Source of the DNA: Alphaproteobacteria bacterium
GTDB lineage: Bacteria; Pseudomonadota; Alphaproteobacteria; UBA2966
NCBI GenBank assembly: GCA_964291395.2
Contig: OZ219856.1
Span: 2,176,001 to 2,240,000 of the forward strand
Direction: 5' to 3'
Length of the DNA stretch: 64,000 bases
Below are positions 9,903 to 19,610 of this stretch, one piece after another. The translations under genes were made by a program, and so were the position numbers. The notes below the pieces were generated by a model. It was not told where the DNA came from. It ran no database searches and was given only the letters and a program-made list of their open reading frames with translations. Within the stretch, counting starts at the first letter, position 1, and each line of letters begins with the position of its first letter.

Positions 9903-11564
9903 ATGCGAAACATCGACCCGACGACCCTCGCCGTCATCCGCGGCGCGCTGGAACAGATCGCGGACGAGATGGACACCGTGCTGTCCACTTCAGCCTTCTC
10001 GCCCATCATCTCCGATGCCTGGGACCGCGCCAGCGGCATCTTCCACCCCAGAACGGGCGAGGTGATCGTCCAGGGACAGACGGGCCTGCCCATCTTCATC
10101 ATCGTCATGCAGCACACCGTGCAGCACGTACTGCAGGATCACCCGCCGGAAACCATGAAGCCGGGCGACGTGTTCATCGTCAACGATCCCTATCGGGGCG
10201 GCACCCACACCATGGACGTCAAGTTCGTCCGCCCCTTCTTCCGCGACGGCGAGCTCAAGGCGTTGCTGGCGAATACAGGCCATTGGCCGGACGTCGGCAG
10301 CATGACCCCCGGCGGCTTCACGACGACGGCGACGGACGTCTACCAGGAAGGGTTCCGCATTCCGCCCGTCAAGATTTACGACGGCGGCGAGTTCAATCAG
10401 ATCCTCGCCGACGTGATGTTCCACAACATGCGCGTGGCGGACGACCGCCGCGGCGACATGGCGGCACAGCTCAACTCGCTGGAAATGGGCGACAAGCGCC
10501 TGCACGAGTTCTTCGATCGCTTCGACGAGGACATCATCTTCGCCTGTATCGACGAGTTGAAGGACCGGTCGGAGAAGCTGATGCGCGAACGCATCGCCGA
10601 AATCCCCGACGGCACGTATCAGTTCGTCGACTATATGGATTCCGACGGGCTCGACGAGGGCCGGTTGAAGATCGACGTCAAGATGATCGTCAAGGGCACG
10701 GACATCACCTTCGACCTCTCCGGCAGTTCACCCGAATGCCGCGGTCCGTTCAACAGCCCCTACAGCAATACCGTGACCGGCACCATGATCGCCGTGAAGC
10801 ACGTGTTTTGGGACGTTCCGATCAATTCCGGGTGCTTCGAGCCCTTCGACTGGATAATCCCCGAGGGGTCGATGCTCAATCCGCGGGAGCCGCGGCCGGT
10901 TTCCGGCACGACCACCGAGTCGTGCAACATGATCGTCAGTACGACGCTCGGCGCGCTCGCCCAGGCCGTGCCGGGCCGCGTGCCGGCAGGCTACTTCGCG
11001 ACCGGCTCGAACGTCTGTTTGGGCGGTACGCATCCGGGTTACGGGGAGTACGCGACCCTGTTGCTGGTCGGCGGCGGGATGGGCGGCAATCCCGACGGCG
11101 ACGGCCTCAGCAACGGCTGTCCGGCGGTCGGTGGCTCGCGCAACGGCTCGGTCGAGATCACCGAGCAGTCCGTTCCGTTCCTTTACACGAAGTACGGATT
11201 ACGCGAAGGCTCCGCCGGCGATGGTGAATTTCGCGGCGGGCTCGGCGTCGAAGCGGCGCTGCAGCTCCGCGAGGGCGAGGGCTACCTCACATTTCTCGGC
11301 GACCGGGGCACGATCGGCCCCTATGGCCTCGAGGGCGGAGAACCCGGTGCCACCGCCGATCACGTGTTCCACACCGGCGGCGAGTATTGGCAGGCGCCGC
11401 ACAGGACCAAGATCGACCGCGTGTATCTGAAGCCCGGCGACGGCATGGTCGTGCGCACCCCGGGAGGCGGAGGTTACGGCGACCCGGCCAAGCGTTCACC
11501 GAAGGCCCGCGCGGCCGACTCGCGCCGCGGCTACCTCGCCGCCGCGGCCGACGCCGCCGAGTAA
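9903..11564 (+). CDS. Hydantoinase B / oxoprolinase subunit
   Basis: NDPYRGGTHTMD, HWPDVG, FRGGLG, TPGGGGYGDP; ATG 9903 is 8 nt after the A-subunit stop. Confidence 0.95.
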   Translation: MRNIDPTTLAVIRGALEQIADEMDTVLSTSAFSPIISDAWDRASGIFHPRTGEVIVQGQTGLPIFIIVMQHTVQHVLQDHPPETMKPGDVFIVNDPYRGGTHTMDVKFVRPFFRDGELKALLANTGHWPDVGSMTPGGFTTTATDVYQEGFRIPPVKIYDGGEFNQILADVMFHNMRVADDRRGDMAAQLNSLEMGDKRLHEFFDRFDEDIIFACIDELKDRSEKLMRERIAEIPDGTYQFVDYMDSDGLDEGRLKIDVKMIVKGTDITFDLSGSSPECRGPFNSPYSNTVTGTMIAVKHVFWDVPINSGCFEPFDWIIPEGSMLNPREPRPVSGTTTESCNMIVSTTLGALAQAVPGRVPAGYFATGSNVCLGGTHPGYGEYATLLLVGGGMGGNPDGDGLSNGCPAVGGSRNGSVEITEQSVPFLYTKYGLREGSAGDGEFRGGLGVEAALQLREGEGYLTFLGDRGTIGPYGLEGGEPGATADHVFHTGGEYWQAPHRTKIDRVYLKPGDGMVVRTPGGGGYGDPAKRSPKARAADSRRGYLAAAADAAE

Positions 11565-11585
11565 ACCCGGGAGCACGGCACAGCC

Positions 11586-14039
11586 ATGGCCCTGCCCGAC
11601 CAAGCCCGCGCCGTGGTCATCGGCGGCGGCGTCGCCGGTTGCTCGATCGCCTATCGCCTGGCCGAGCTCGGATGGACGGACATCGTCCTCATCGAGCGCA
11701 ACACGGTGTCCTCCGGCACCACTTGGCACGCCGCGGGCGACGTGGTGATCATCCGCGGCTCCCTCGAACTCACGCAGATGATGCGCGACAGCGTCTCGCT
11801 CTACACCTCGGCCTCCGCGGAGACGGGACAGGACATCGGCCTCAAGCACTGCGGCGCCATGTCGCTGGCCCAGACCGAACACCGCCTGACCGACTATCGC
11901 CGACAGGCCGCGCTCTTCGGATCGATCGGCGGAGAGGCCGACATCGTGCCCCCGGAACAGGTGGCGCAGCTCAATCCCTTCGTGCGCAGCGACGACGTCC
12001 TCGGCGCGCTTCACGTGCCCGAGGCCTACCGCGTCAACCCGGCGGACGTCGCCCAGGCGGTCTCGAAGGCGGCGCGAAACCGGGGCGTGGAGGTCTTCGA
12101 GAACACGCGCGTCACGGGCATCGAGACCCAGCGCGCGGGACACACGCGGCGAGTCGCCGCCGTGCAGACGGAGCAGGGCCGGATCGCCTGCGAGACCGTG
12201 GTGCTGACCGGCGGCGCGTGGTCCCGCGACATCGGGCGGCTGGCCGGCGTCTCCGTACCGCTGCACGCGGTGGAGCACAGCTACCTGATCACCAACGTAA
12301 TCGACGGCGTGGACGACCGTCTGCCGATCTCGCGCGACCCCGACGCCTACATCTACTCGCGGGAAGAGGTCGGCGGGTTCCTCATCGGGTTCTTCGAGCC
12401 GGGCGCCAAGCCCCTCTCCAAGGCGCAACTGCCGGACGACTTCTCGTTCGCCAGCCTGCCGGAGGACTGGGATCATCTCGAACCCCACATCGCCAACGCC
12501 ATCAACCGCTACCCGGCCTTGGAAACCGCCGGCATCAAGCTGCTGTTCACCGGACCCGAGAGCTTCACGCCCGACGGCGCCTTTCTCATGGGCCCGGCGC
12601 CCGACGTGACGGGCCTCTACGCCCTGACCGGAATGAATTCATCGGGCATCGGCCAGTCGGGCGGCGCGGCCAAGGCGCTGGCCGAGTGGATCGTCGGCGG
12701 CGAGCCCACCATCGACATCACGGCGTTCGACATGCGCCGCTTTCCGCGCGTTTTCGGGAACACGGCCTGGCTGGCGGAGCGCGCCAGGGAGCTGCCGAGC
12801 TGGCTGTTCGATCCCAACCTGCCGCGGCGGGAGCACAAGCACGCGCGCAATTTGCGGCTCTCCGCCTTCCATTCCCGCTTCGAGGCGGCGGGCGCGCGCT
12901 TCGGGCAGGCTGCCGGCTGGGAACGTCCCAACTGGTTCGCGCCCAACGGCCGGGACGTCGACGATCCGCCGACCTACAAGCGGCCCGGCTGGTTCGACGC
13001 CGTGGCGGAAGAGCACCGGGCGGCGCGCGAGACCGTGGCCTTGTTCGAGCGCACGCCGATGGCGAAGATCCTGGTCGAAGGTCCGGACGCCGAACGACTG
13101 TTGCAGACGGCGTGCGCCAACGACCTCTCGGGTCCCGACGGCCGCCTGATCTACACCGCCATGCTCAACTCGAACGGCGGGTTCGAGTCCGACCTCACGG
13201 TCACGCGCCTCGCCGGCGACCGATTCCTCGTCATCACCGGCGCCAACGAAGGAGTCCGCGACCACGACCACATTGCGCGCCTCGCCGGCGACCGGAAGGT
13301 CTCGATAACCGATGTCACGAGCGCCTACGCGGGCCTCGCGTTGACCGGACCCGGTGCCCGTGAGCTGCTGTCACGTATCGCCGAGAACGACCTGTCGGAC
13401 GAGGCTTTTCCGTACCTCTCGGCGCAGGAGGTCTGGATCGGTCCCGGGCATGCCTGGGCACTGCGCGTTTCCTACGCGGGCGAGCTCGGCTGGGAGCTGT
13501 TCATCCCGACCGAAAGCGCCGCCGCGGTTTACGACGCCATGGTCGCGGAGGGCGAGGACCTGGGCCTCGCGCACGCGGGCGCGTACGCTTCCAATACCTT
13601 GCGCATGGAGAAAGGTTTCCGGGCCTGGGGCCACGACATCACGCCGGTGGAAACACCGCTCGAAGCCGGACTCGGGTTCGCCGTGCGCTTCGACAAGCAG
13701 GTTCCGTTCATCGGGCGGGACGCCCTGTTGCGCCAGCGCGACGACGGCGTCCGCAAGCGCCTGGTCGTGTTTACCATGGACGAGACCGAGCACTGGCCCA
13801 TCGTTCGCGAACCGGTCCGGCGAGAGGGCGAGGTCGTGGGACACCTGACGTCGTCCGGTTACGGCTACTCCATCGGCAAGATGGTTTCCATGGGTTTCGT
13901 GAGGAACGGCGGCGAACCGGTCGAGGCCGACTTCGTCAACACGGGCGCCTGGGACATCGAGATCGCCGGTGAGCGCGTCCCCGCCGAGGCGAGCCTCGCC
14001 GCCCCCTACGATCCCAAGGGCGCGCGCATGCGGGGGTGA
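11586..14039 (+). CDS. GcvT-family FAD-dependent oxidoreductase (dimethylglycine/sarcosine dehydrogenase-like)
   Basis: VIGGGVAG, SGTTWHAAG, GPESFTPD, RVSYAGELGWEL, LRMEKG, YDPKG. Confidence 0.93.
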   Translation: MALPDQARAVVIGGGVAGCSIAYRLAELGWTDIVLIERNTVSSGTTWHAAGDVVIIRGSLELTQMMRDSVSLYTSASAETGQDIGLKHCGAMSLAQTEHRLTDYRRQAALFGSIGGEADIVPPEQVAQLNPFVRSDDVLGALHVPEAYRVNPADVAQAVSKAARNRGVEVFENTRVTGIETQRAGHTRRVAAVQTEQGRIACETVVLTGGAWSRDIGRLAGVSVPLHAVEHSYLITNVIDGVDDRLPISRDPDAYIYSREEVGGFLIGFFEPGAKPLSKAQLPDDFSFASLPEDWDHLEPHIANAINRYPALETAGIKLLFTGPESFTPDGAFLMGPAPDVTGLYALTGMNSSGIGQSGGAAKALAEWIVGGEPTIDITAFDMRRFPRVFGNTAWLAERARELPSWLFDPNLPRREHKHARNLRLSAFHSRFEAAGARFGQAAGWERPNWFAPNGRDVDDPPTYKRPGWFDAVAEEHRAARETVALFERTPMAKILVEGPDAERLLQTACANDLSGPDGRLIYTAMLNSNGGFESDLTVTRLAGDRFLVITGANEGVRDHDHIARLAGDRKVSITDVTSAYAGLALTGPGARELLSRIAENDLSDEAFPYLSAQEVWIGPGHAWALRVSYAGELGWELFIPTESAAAVYDAMVAEGEDLGLAHAGAYASNTLRMEKGFRAWGHDITPVETPLEAGLGFAVRFDKQVPFIGRDALLRQRDDGVRKRLVVFTMDETEHWPIVREPVRREGEVVGHLTSSGYGYSIGKMVSMGFVRNGGEPVEADFVNTGAWDIEIAGERVPAEASLAAPYDPKGARMRG

Positions 14040-14098
14040 GCGGTGACACGGTTCCCGGACGGCCGAAACGCTTACGGGTCGCTTTCCGGCGGACCGCG

Positions 14099-15853
14099 TC
14101 AGCCCCGCAGGGCCCGCTCCCGTTCCGTCGCCGTCTCGTCCACCGCCCTGCCGTCGCCGGTCAGCACCACGCCGTAGTTGCGCAATGCACCGTCCCGGCT
14201 GACGAAGCCGCAGCGGACATCACTGAGCACGCGCGCGGGATCACGCTTCAGGGGGTCGCCCCAGCCGCCACCCCCGGAGGACCGCGCGACGAGGCGCGCG
14301 GGGCCATAAGTACGGTTGCCGTAGGGCGGCGCGACTTGCGGATCGCCATCGGCGGGAACGATCTCCATTTCCGCCTCGCGGCCCGTGCCGCCGCCGTTGA
14401 CGCCGTACCCCGACGGATAGACGAGCCCCTCGCCCCGGAAGGAGTAGATCGCCTCTTCCTCGACGGCGACGTCATAGTGGATGCCCGTGCCGCCGCGGAA
14501 CCGCCCGGGACCACCTGAATCGCGGCGGTATTCCTGGCGCAGGAAACGCATGGGATAGCGCTGCTCATAGGGCTCGACGTTGTGCAGGAGAAGCCCGCCG
14601 AGGGTGATGACGTGACCGAGCTGATCAAAACCGTCCCGGCCCCGAACCGCGCCGGCGCCCGGCATCGTGCACCAGTGAATCATCACGTAGGGGTCCTCCG
14701 AGTCGACTCGGCCTGCCGTCACCCCGTGTATCCCCTTCCCCCATCCGGCACAGGCGTTCGCCGGGTCGGCCTGGGCCAACGCCTTCCAGGTCACGTGGAC
14801 GATCTCGTGGGCCACCGACTGCGTGCTCTGGGTCATGGGCGCCGGCGGCCGCGGGTTGACGACGGTGCCACGCGGCGCGACGAGGGTGACCGCGCGGAAG
14901 GCCCCGCCGTTGTGGGGCAACGCCGGGTCGAGAAACGAAAACAGGCCGAGGTACACGCAGGCGTGGGTGGTGACGAGGGACGCGTTCTTGAAACCGCGCA
15001 CCTGCGGATGGGTTCCCGTGAAGTCCACCGTCAGGTGATCGCCGACGATGGTCATGGCCACGCGGACGGGAATCTCGATGTCCTCGAAGCAGTCATTGTG
15101 GCTGAGCTCTTCCGCCTCGTAGCGACCGTCGGGAAGCTCGCGAACGGCGGCCCGGAACATGCGCTCGCCATAATCCAGGAGCCCGACGATGTACTCCTTT
15201 CCCGTCTCGACGCCGAACTCCCCGATCAGGGCGGAAACCCGCTCCGCCCCGATCCGGGTCGAGCCGAGCATGGCCCGCAGGTCGCCGTCGAGCAGGCGCG
15301 GGGTACGGGTGTTGAGCATGAGGAATTCCCACAAGTCGTCCAGCAACTCGCCCCGGCGCACCAGCTTCAGGGGTGGCAGCCGGATGCCCTCGTGCCAGAT
15401 CTCGGTTGCCTCCGCAAAGTACGAGCCGGCGGAGCCGCCCCCGATGTCCGACTGGTGCGCCCGGATGCAGCTGAAGGCCACGAGCTCTCCCTGGACGAAG
15501 ACGGGCCGGATGGCCACCCAGTCGGGCAGGTGGTTGCCGCCCGCTTCGTAAGGATCGTTGGCGAGGAAGACGTCTCCGTCCTCGATCTCCTCGGGGAAGG
15601 CGTCGAGGATGGCCTCGACGATGAAACCGCCGCAGCCGGCCTGAATCGGGATGCCGTCCGACACTGAGATCAGTTCGGCCCTGGCGTCCGTGAGGAAGCA
15701 GGCGAAATCGTAGCATTCGCTGAAGAACGGGCTCCACGCCGTGCGCATCATGACCCGACCCATGTGCCGGCCGATGTCGTCGAACCGGTTCTGAATCAAC
15801 GCCAGGTCAACCGGATCGAGCGTCTCCACCCGTCCGGCGGCGAGAGCCGTCAT
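14099..15853 (-). CDS. Second hydantoinase B / oxoprolinase subunit
   Basis: NDPYEAGGNHLPD, HQSDIGG, FRGGTG, SSGGGGWGDP; ATG 15853 overlaps the upstream stop (ATGA). Confidence 0.92.
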   Translation of the reverse strand: MTALAAGRVETLDPVDLALIQNRFDDIGRHMGRVMMRTAWSPFFSECYDFACFLTDARAELISVSDGIPIQAGCGGFIVEAILDAFPEEIEDGDVFLANDPYEAGGNHLPDWVAIRPVFVQGELVAFSCIRAHQSDIGGGSAGSYFAEATEIWHEGIRLPPLKLVRRGELLDDLWEFLMLNTRTPRLLDGDLRAMLGSTRIGAERVSALIGEFGVETGKEYIVGLLDYGERMFRAAVRELPDGRYEAEELSHNDCFEDIEIPVRVAMTIVGDHLTVDFTGTHPQVRGFKNASLVTTHACVYLGLFSFLDPALPHNGGAFRAVTLVAPRGTVVNPRPPAPMTQSTQSVAHEIVHVTWKALAQADPANACAGWGKGIHGVTAGRVDSEDPYVMIHWCTMPGAGAVRGRDGFDQLGHVITLGGLLLHNVEPYEQRYPMRFLRQEYRRDSGGPGRFRGGTGIHYDVAVEEEAIYSFRGEGLVYPSGYGVNGGGTGREAEMEIVPADGDPQVAPPYGNRTYGPARLVARSSGGGGWGDPLKRDPARVLSDVRCGFVSRDGALRNYGVVLTGDGRAVDETATERERALRG

Positions 15854-18174
15854 GCGTCGCTTCCATGAATGGCCCGCCACACGCGCTGCGGCGTCGCGGG
15901 ACAGTCGAGCTCCCTCACGCCGTATGCCGACAGGGCGTCGATCACCGCATTCATGATCGCCGGATGAGCCCCGATGGTGCCGGCCTCCCCACAACCCTTG
16001 ACCCCGAGCGGATTGGTCCTTGTCGGGACCTCGTTGAACGAGATCGCGATGTCGCACATGTCGTCGGCCTTGGGCAGCGCATAATCCATCAGCGATCCCG
16101 TCACCGGCTGTCCCGTCTCGCGCTCATAGATCATGTCTTCGAGCAGGGCCTGGCCCGCGCCTTGGGCCACGCCGCCCTGCACCATGCCCCGGACGATGAG
16201 CGGATTGATGATGGTCCCGAAGTCGTCGACGACCGTGTAGCGCACCACCGAGACGGCTCCCGTCCCGGGATCGATCTCGACCTCGGCCACGTGACAACCG
16301 TTGGGCCAGGCGGAAGCGCGGCGCCGGTACCTTTCGTGCGTGTCGAGGTCCTCCTCCAGGCCCGCGGGACGCCGCTCCGGATCACGGGCGATGACGGCCA
16401 CCTCGAAGAGACGGAGCGCCCGGTCGGTTCCGGCCACGACGAAGCGGCCGTCCGCGAATTCAATGTCCGCGACCGCGGCCTCGAGCTCATGGGCGACGAT
16501 CAGCCGACCCTTCTCGATTACGCGCTCGCCGGCGGCACGCAAGGCCGATCCCCCCATCTCCGTCGACCGGGAGCCGCCGTGGCCGCCGCCGATCGCAATC
16601 CGATCCGTATCCCCTTGCTCGAAGCCGATGCGGTCGAGGGGCACGCCAAGCTGATCCGAAACGATCTGGCGCAGCGTGGTCTCGAGGCCCTGACCGTTGT
16701 CGAAGGTACCGAGCAGGAGCGTGACGGAGTCGTTTCCCGTGAACTTGATATCCGCGCCTTCCTCCGCCGGTCCCAGCGTATCGTCGATGTAATAGCCGAT
16801 GCCGATGCCGCGGAGCGTGCCGCGCGACTCCGAGTCGGCCCGGCGCGCCTCGAATCCAGCGTAGTCGGCATCCGCCAAAGCGCCCTCCAGGGTGGCCGGG
16901 AAGTCGCCCGAATCGAACGTGAAACCGAAGGGAGTGGTGTAGGGCAAGGCGGCGGCCGGGATGAGATTGCGGCGGCGCAGCTCCGCGGCGTCGATTCCCA
17001 TGTCATCCGCCGCGGCGTCCAGCAGCCGCTCGATGACATACGTCGCCTCGGAGCGCCCCACGCCGCGATAGGAACCCGTCGGCGTCTTGTTCGTGAAGAC
17101 GGTCTTGACCTCCAGGTGAGCCGCCGGGATGCGGTAGACGCCGGAGGCCGCCGAGGCATTGGCCGTGGTCGGCAGCATGGGTGACGCGCCGACGATATAG
17201 GCCCCGTGCGTGGCGATCGTCCGGATGCGCAGTCCGAGGATCCGTCCGTCGGCGCCGAACGCCATCCGGGCGTCACTCACGTGATCGCGGGCCTGATCGT
17301 CGCTCATGAAGGACTCGCTGCGGCTGCTCGTCCAGTTGACGGGTCGGCCGAGCCGCCTGGCCGCCCACAGGACCAGCGGGTACTCGGGATAGGCATAATT
17401 CTTCATGCCGAAGCCGGCGCCGATATCGGGCGCAACCACGCGCAGATCGGCTTCGGCAACGTGCAGGACCTGCTCGGCAAGTTGCTTGCGCAGATTGTGA
17501 ACGAAGGGGCAGGTGACATGCAGCGTGTACCGGCCCGTGGCCGAATCGAACTCGCCCGCCGCCGCGCGGCCTTCCATCGAGGCGATGGCGAGGCGGTTGT
17601 TGATCAATCCCGCGATCTCCGTCACGTGCGCCGCGTCCGCAAACGCCGCCTCGGTGGCCGCTGCGTCCCCGGTTTCCCAATCGACACAGACGTTCCGCGG
17701 CGCTTCTTCCCAGAGCAGAGGGGTACCCGCGTCCATGGCGCGGACCGTATCCGTATTGGCCGGCAAGGGCGCGTAATCGACCCGCACCAAGTCCGCCGCG
17801 TCCCGCGCCCGACCCTCCGTTTCGGCGACGACCAGGGCCACCGGATCGCCGACGTGACGCACCCGATCGCGGGAGAGCGGCCAGCGCGGCGGCACGAAGC
17901 ATGTCTGTCCGTCCCGGCTCTCGATCGTCACGGCGCAAGGAATCGGGCCGATGCCGTCGGCGACGAGGTCGGCGCCGGTGAACACGGCCAAGACGCCGGG
18001 CGCCTTCTCCGCGCCCGTCCGGTCAATCCCCAACACGTCGGCGTGCGCGTGCGGCGAGCGAACGAACACGGCCGCGGCCTGGCCCTCGATCCGGATATCG
18101 TCAACGTAGCAGCCACGACCGGTGAGAAACCGTTCATCCTCGACCCGCCGCACGGGTTCACCGACTGATGCCAT
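15850..18174 (-). CDS. Xanthine dehydrogenase family molybdopterin-binding (CoxL-like) subunit 1
   Basis: RVEDERFLTG, RSPHAHA, GAGFGMK, SYRGVGR, NGQGLET, KGCGEAG. Confidence 0.93.
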   Translation of the reverse strand: MASVGEPVRRVEDERFLTGRGCYVDDIRIEGQAAAVFVRSPHAHADVLGIDRTGAEKAPGVLAVFTGADLVADGIGPIPCAVTIESRDGQTCFVPPRWPLSRDRVRHVGDPVALVVAETEGRARDAADLVRVDYAPLPANTDTVRAMDAGTPLLWEEAPRNVCVDWETGDAAATEAAFADAAHVTEIAGLINNRLAIASMEGRAAAGEFDSATGRYTLHVTCPFVHNLRKQLAEQVLHVAEADLRVVAPDIGAGFGMKNYAYPEYPLVLWAARRLGRPVNWTSSRSESFMSDDQARDHVSDARMAFGADGRILGLRIRTIATHGAYIVGASPMLPTTANASAASGVYRIPAAHLEVKTVFTNKTPTGSYRGVGRSEATYVIERLLDAAADDMGIDAAELRRRNLIPAAALPYTTPFGFTFDSGDFPATLEGALADADYAGFEARRADSESRGTLRGIGIGYYIDDTLGPAEEGADIKFTGNDSVTLLLGTFDNGQGLETTLRQIVSDQLGVPLDRIGFEQGDTDRIAIGGGHGGSRSTEMGGSALRAAGERVIEKGRLIVAHELEAAVADIEFADGRFVVAGTDRALRLFEVAVIARDPERRPAGLEEDLDTHERYRRRASAWPNGCHVAEVEIDPGTGAVSVVRYTVVDDFGTIINPLIVRGMVQGGVAQGAGQALLEDMIYERETGQPVTGSLMDYALPKADDMCDIAISFNEVPTRTNPLGVKGCGEAGTIGAHPAIMNAVIDALSAYGVRELDCPATPQRVWRAIHGSDA

Positions 18175-18304
18175 CCACTCCCCCTCCCGTCATTTCCAAA
18201 GCCTGCGCCGTCGGCACCGATGTTTCAAGGACCGTCGCGTCACGGGTAAGCGAAACGGCGATTCCGGGTTAAAGTCACCGACCAACCGGATCGGAGGCTC
18301 GGCC

Positions 18305-18769
18305 ATGGACATCACCTCGCACATGCAGAAGGTCGCGCGCATGGACGCGGTTCACAGGCGCCTCGACCGCGAAGCCGACTTCGAACTCTGGTACTGGATG
18401 GCGCTCGACGCGGGCAACCAAGCCATGAACGCGGCTCTGCATGCGGCGAAAGTGACCGCGGAGGAGCCCGAACTCGCCTCTCAGGTCAACGACATCTACA
18501 TGCGCCGGACCGAGGCCGGGGAATGGGAGCGTGTGGTCAAGCGGGGGGCCGACATCATCCACCCGCAGATGAGCGAGTTCGACAACCCCATACCCGAAAA
18601 GCTGCAGGAAGCGATCGACGCGCTGCACACGCTGGAGAGCTACCGCGACCCCTGCATTCGCCTCGGCAAGGAAGTGACGCCCGAGATCGCAGACTCCTGC
18701 GCCGAGGCCTACGGGAAGGTCCTGGCCATCACCCGAGACTTCGTGGCATCGGCGGGGAGCGTGTCATGA
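18305..18769 (+). CDS. Hypothetical helical protein (paralog A of a tandem pair)
   Basis: GGAGG RBS, ATG 18305, host-like codon usage, ATGA overlap with the next gene. Confidence 0.8.
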   Translation: MDITSHMQKVARMDAVHRRLDREADFELWYWMALDAGNQAMNAALHAAKVTAEEPELASQVNDIYMRRTEAGEWERVVKRGADIIHPQMSEFDNPIPEKLQEAIDALHTLESYRDPCIRLGKEVTPEIADSCAEAYGKVLAITRDFVASAGSVS

Positions 18770-19179
18770 CCCCCGAACGTCATCGTGACTTCGCCGAGCG
18801 CATCACGCGCTCGATGGAGAAGCTCACGACCACCGACTACGAGGCCGTCATCGAGGGCTGCATGCTGGCCGGAACCCACTGGTTCAACGTGGCCCTGCAC
18901 GAGATGGGCATGTCCGCGCCCGATCAGGACGTCATGCACGTCGAGTACATGGTCGTGCACGAGCGCCGCAAGGCATGGCTCGTCTCGCCGGCCATGGTGG
19001 AGGCTCTGGAGCGCATCGAGGACATGCGGGCACTTCACGTGCGAGGAAACGCGGACGGCGGCGAAAGGGCGGCCGCGGCGGCGCTCCGGTGCCTTGAAGT
19101 CATCCGCGAGGCCGCGACCGACGCCAAGCCGCTGGGCCTGACATCCCCCCATCGTGGACACGTCAGTCTCAGCACCTGA
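18766..19179 (+). CDS. Hypothetical helical protein (paralog B of a tandem pair)
   Basis: MTPERHRDFAERITRSMEKLTTTDYE...; translationally coupled to paralog A; stop codon lies inside the tRNA remnant. Confidence 0.8.
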   Translation: MTPERHRDFAERITRSMEKLTTTDYEAVIEGCMLAGTHWFNVALHEMGMSAPDQDVMHVEYMVVHERRKAWLVSPAMVEALERIEDMRALHVRGNADGGERAAAAALRCLEVIREAATDAKPLGLTSPHRGHVSLST

Positions 19180-19212
19180 GGGTCGCAGGTTCGAATCCTG
19201 CCCCCGCAACCA
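18801..19212 (+). repeat. Direct repeat copy 1 (~410 bp; copy 2 at 21561-21974)
   Basis: Manual comparison: about 11 substitutions plus one 2-bp indel between copies. Confidence 0.95.
19161..19212 (+). pseudogene. Degenerate 3' part of initiator tRNA-Met (att-like site), copy 1
   Basis: CGTCAGtCTCAgcACCTGAgGGTCGCAGGTTCGAATCCTGCCCCCGCAACCA vs alphaproteobacterial tRNA-fMet CGTCAGGCTCATAACCTGAAGGTCGCAGGTTCAAATCCTGCCCCCGCAACCA; 5' acceptor strand and D-arm absent. Confidence 0.85.
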
Positions 19213-19429
19213 CCGAGACCGACATCTCCGGCATGGGGATGTCGGTCTTCGTGTTTTCGCGCCCGTTTCCGGCCCATTCGAGGATGGTCCCGAGATCGCC
19301 GTGCAGCACGGCGTCCATCTCGGCCCATTTCTCGCCCGGGGTGTGCACGATGCGCTCGACCAGGCCCCTGATGGCGGACGCCGCCATGCCGCGCATGACG
19401 GCAATCCCGCGATTCTCGCTCTCCGGCAT
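19169..19429 (-). pseudogene. C-terminal remnant of a large serine recombinase reading into the tRNA remnant
   Basis: AIRGLVERIVHTPG...LHGDLGTILEW...VVAGAGFEPATLRC, the typical tail of tRNA-Met-targeting serine recombinases; no catalytic N-terminus present. Confidence 0.75.
19216..19257 (+). terminator. Hairpin after tRNA remnant 1
   Basis: AGACCGACATCTCC-GGCAT-GGGGATGTCGGTCT followed by TCGTGTTTT. Confidence 0.6.
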
Positions 19430-19610
19430 CTCTTTGCGCCTCCCGCAACACTACGCTCCCGGGAGTCCATTTGGAGCCGAGATTCGGCCATGTCAAACGG
19501 GACAGGTAGGGGATTTCCTGCATGAAATCATACACTTGAGTAACTTAGGGGGCGCTAGGCGAGATAGGCGGTGCCTGGCGTATGATCGAAAAAAAAGCCA
19601 GCCACGTGAC

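Noticed and set aside
15850-18174. Aerobic CO dehydrogenase (also 49494 and 57240)
   Set aside because: None has the form I AYxCSFR loop; no coxM, coxS or accessory genes nearby
19161-19212. Functional tRNA gene (also 21923-21974)
   Set aside because: No 5' acceptor strand or D-arm; anticodon stem mismatched and loop mutated differently in the two copies
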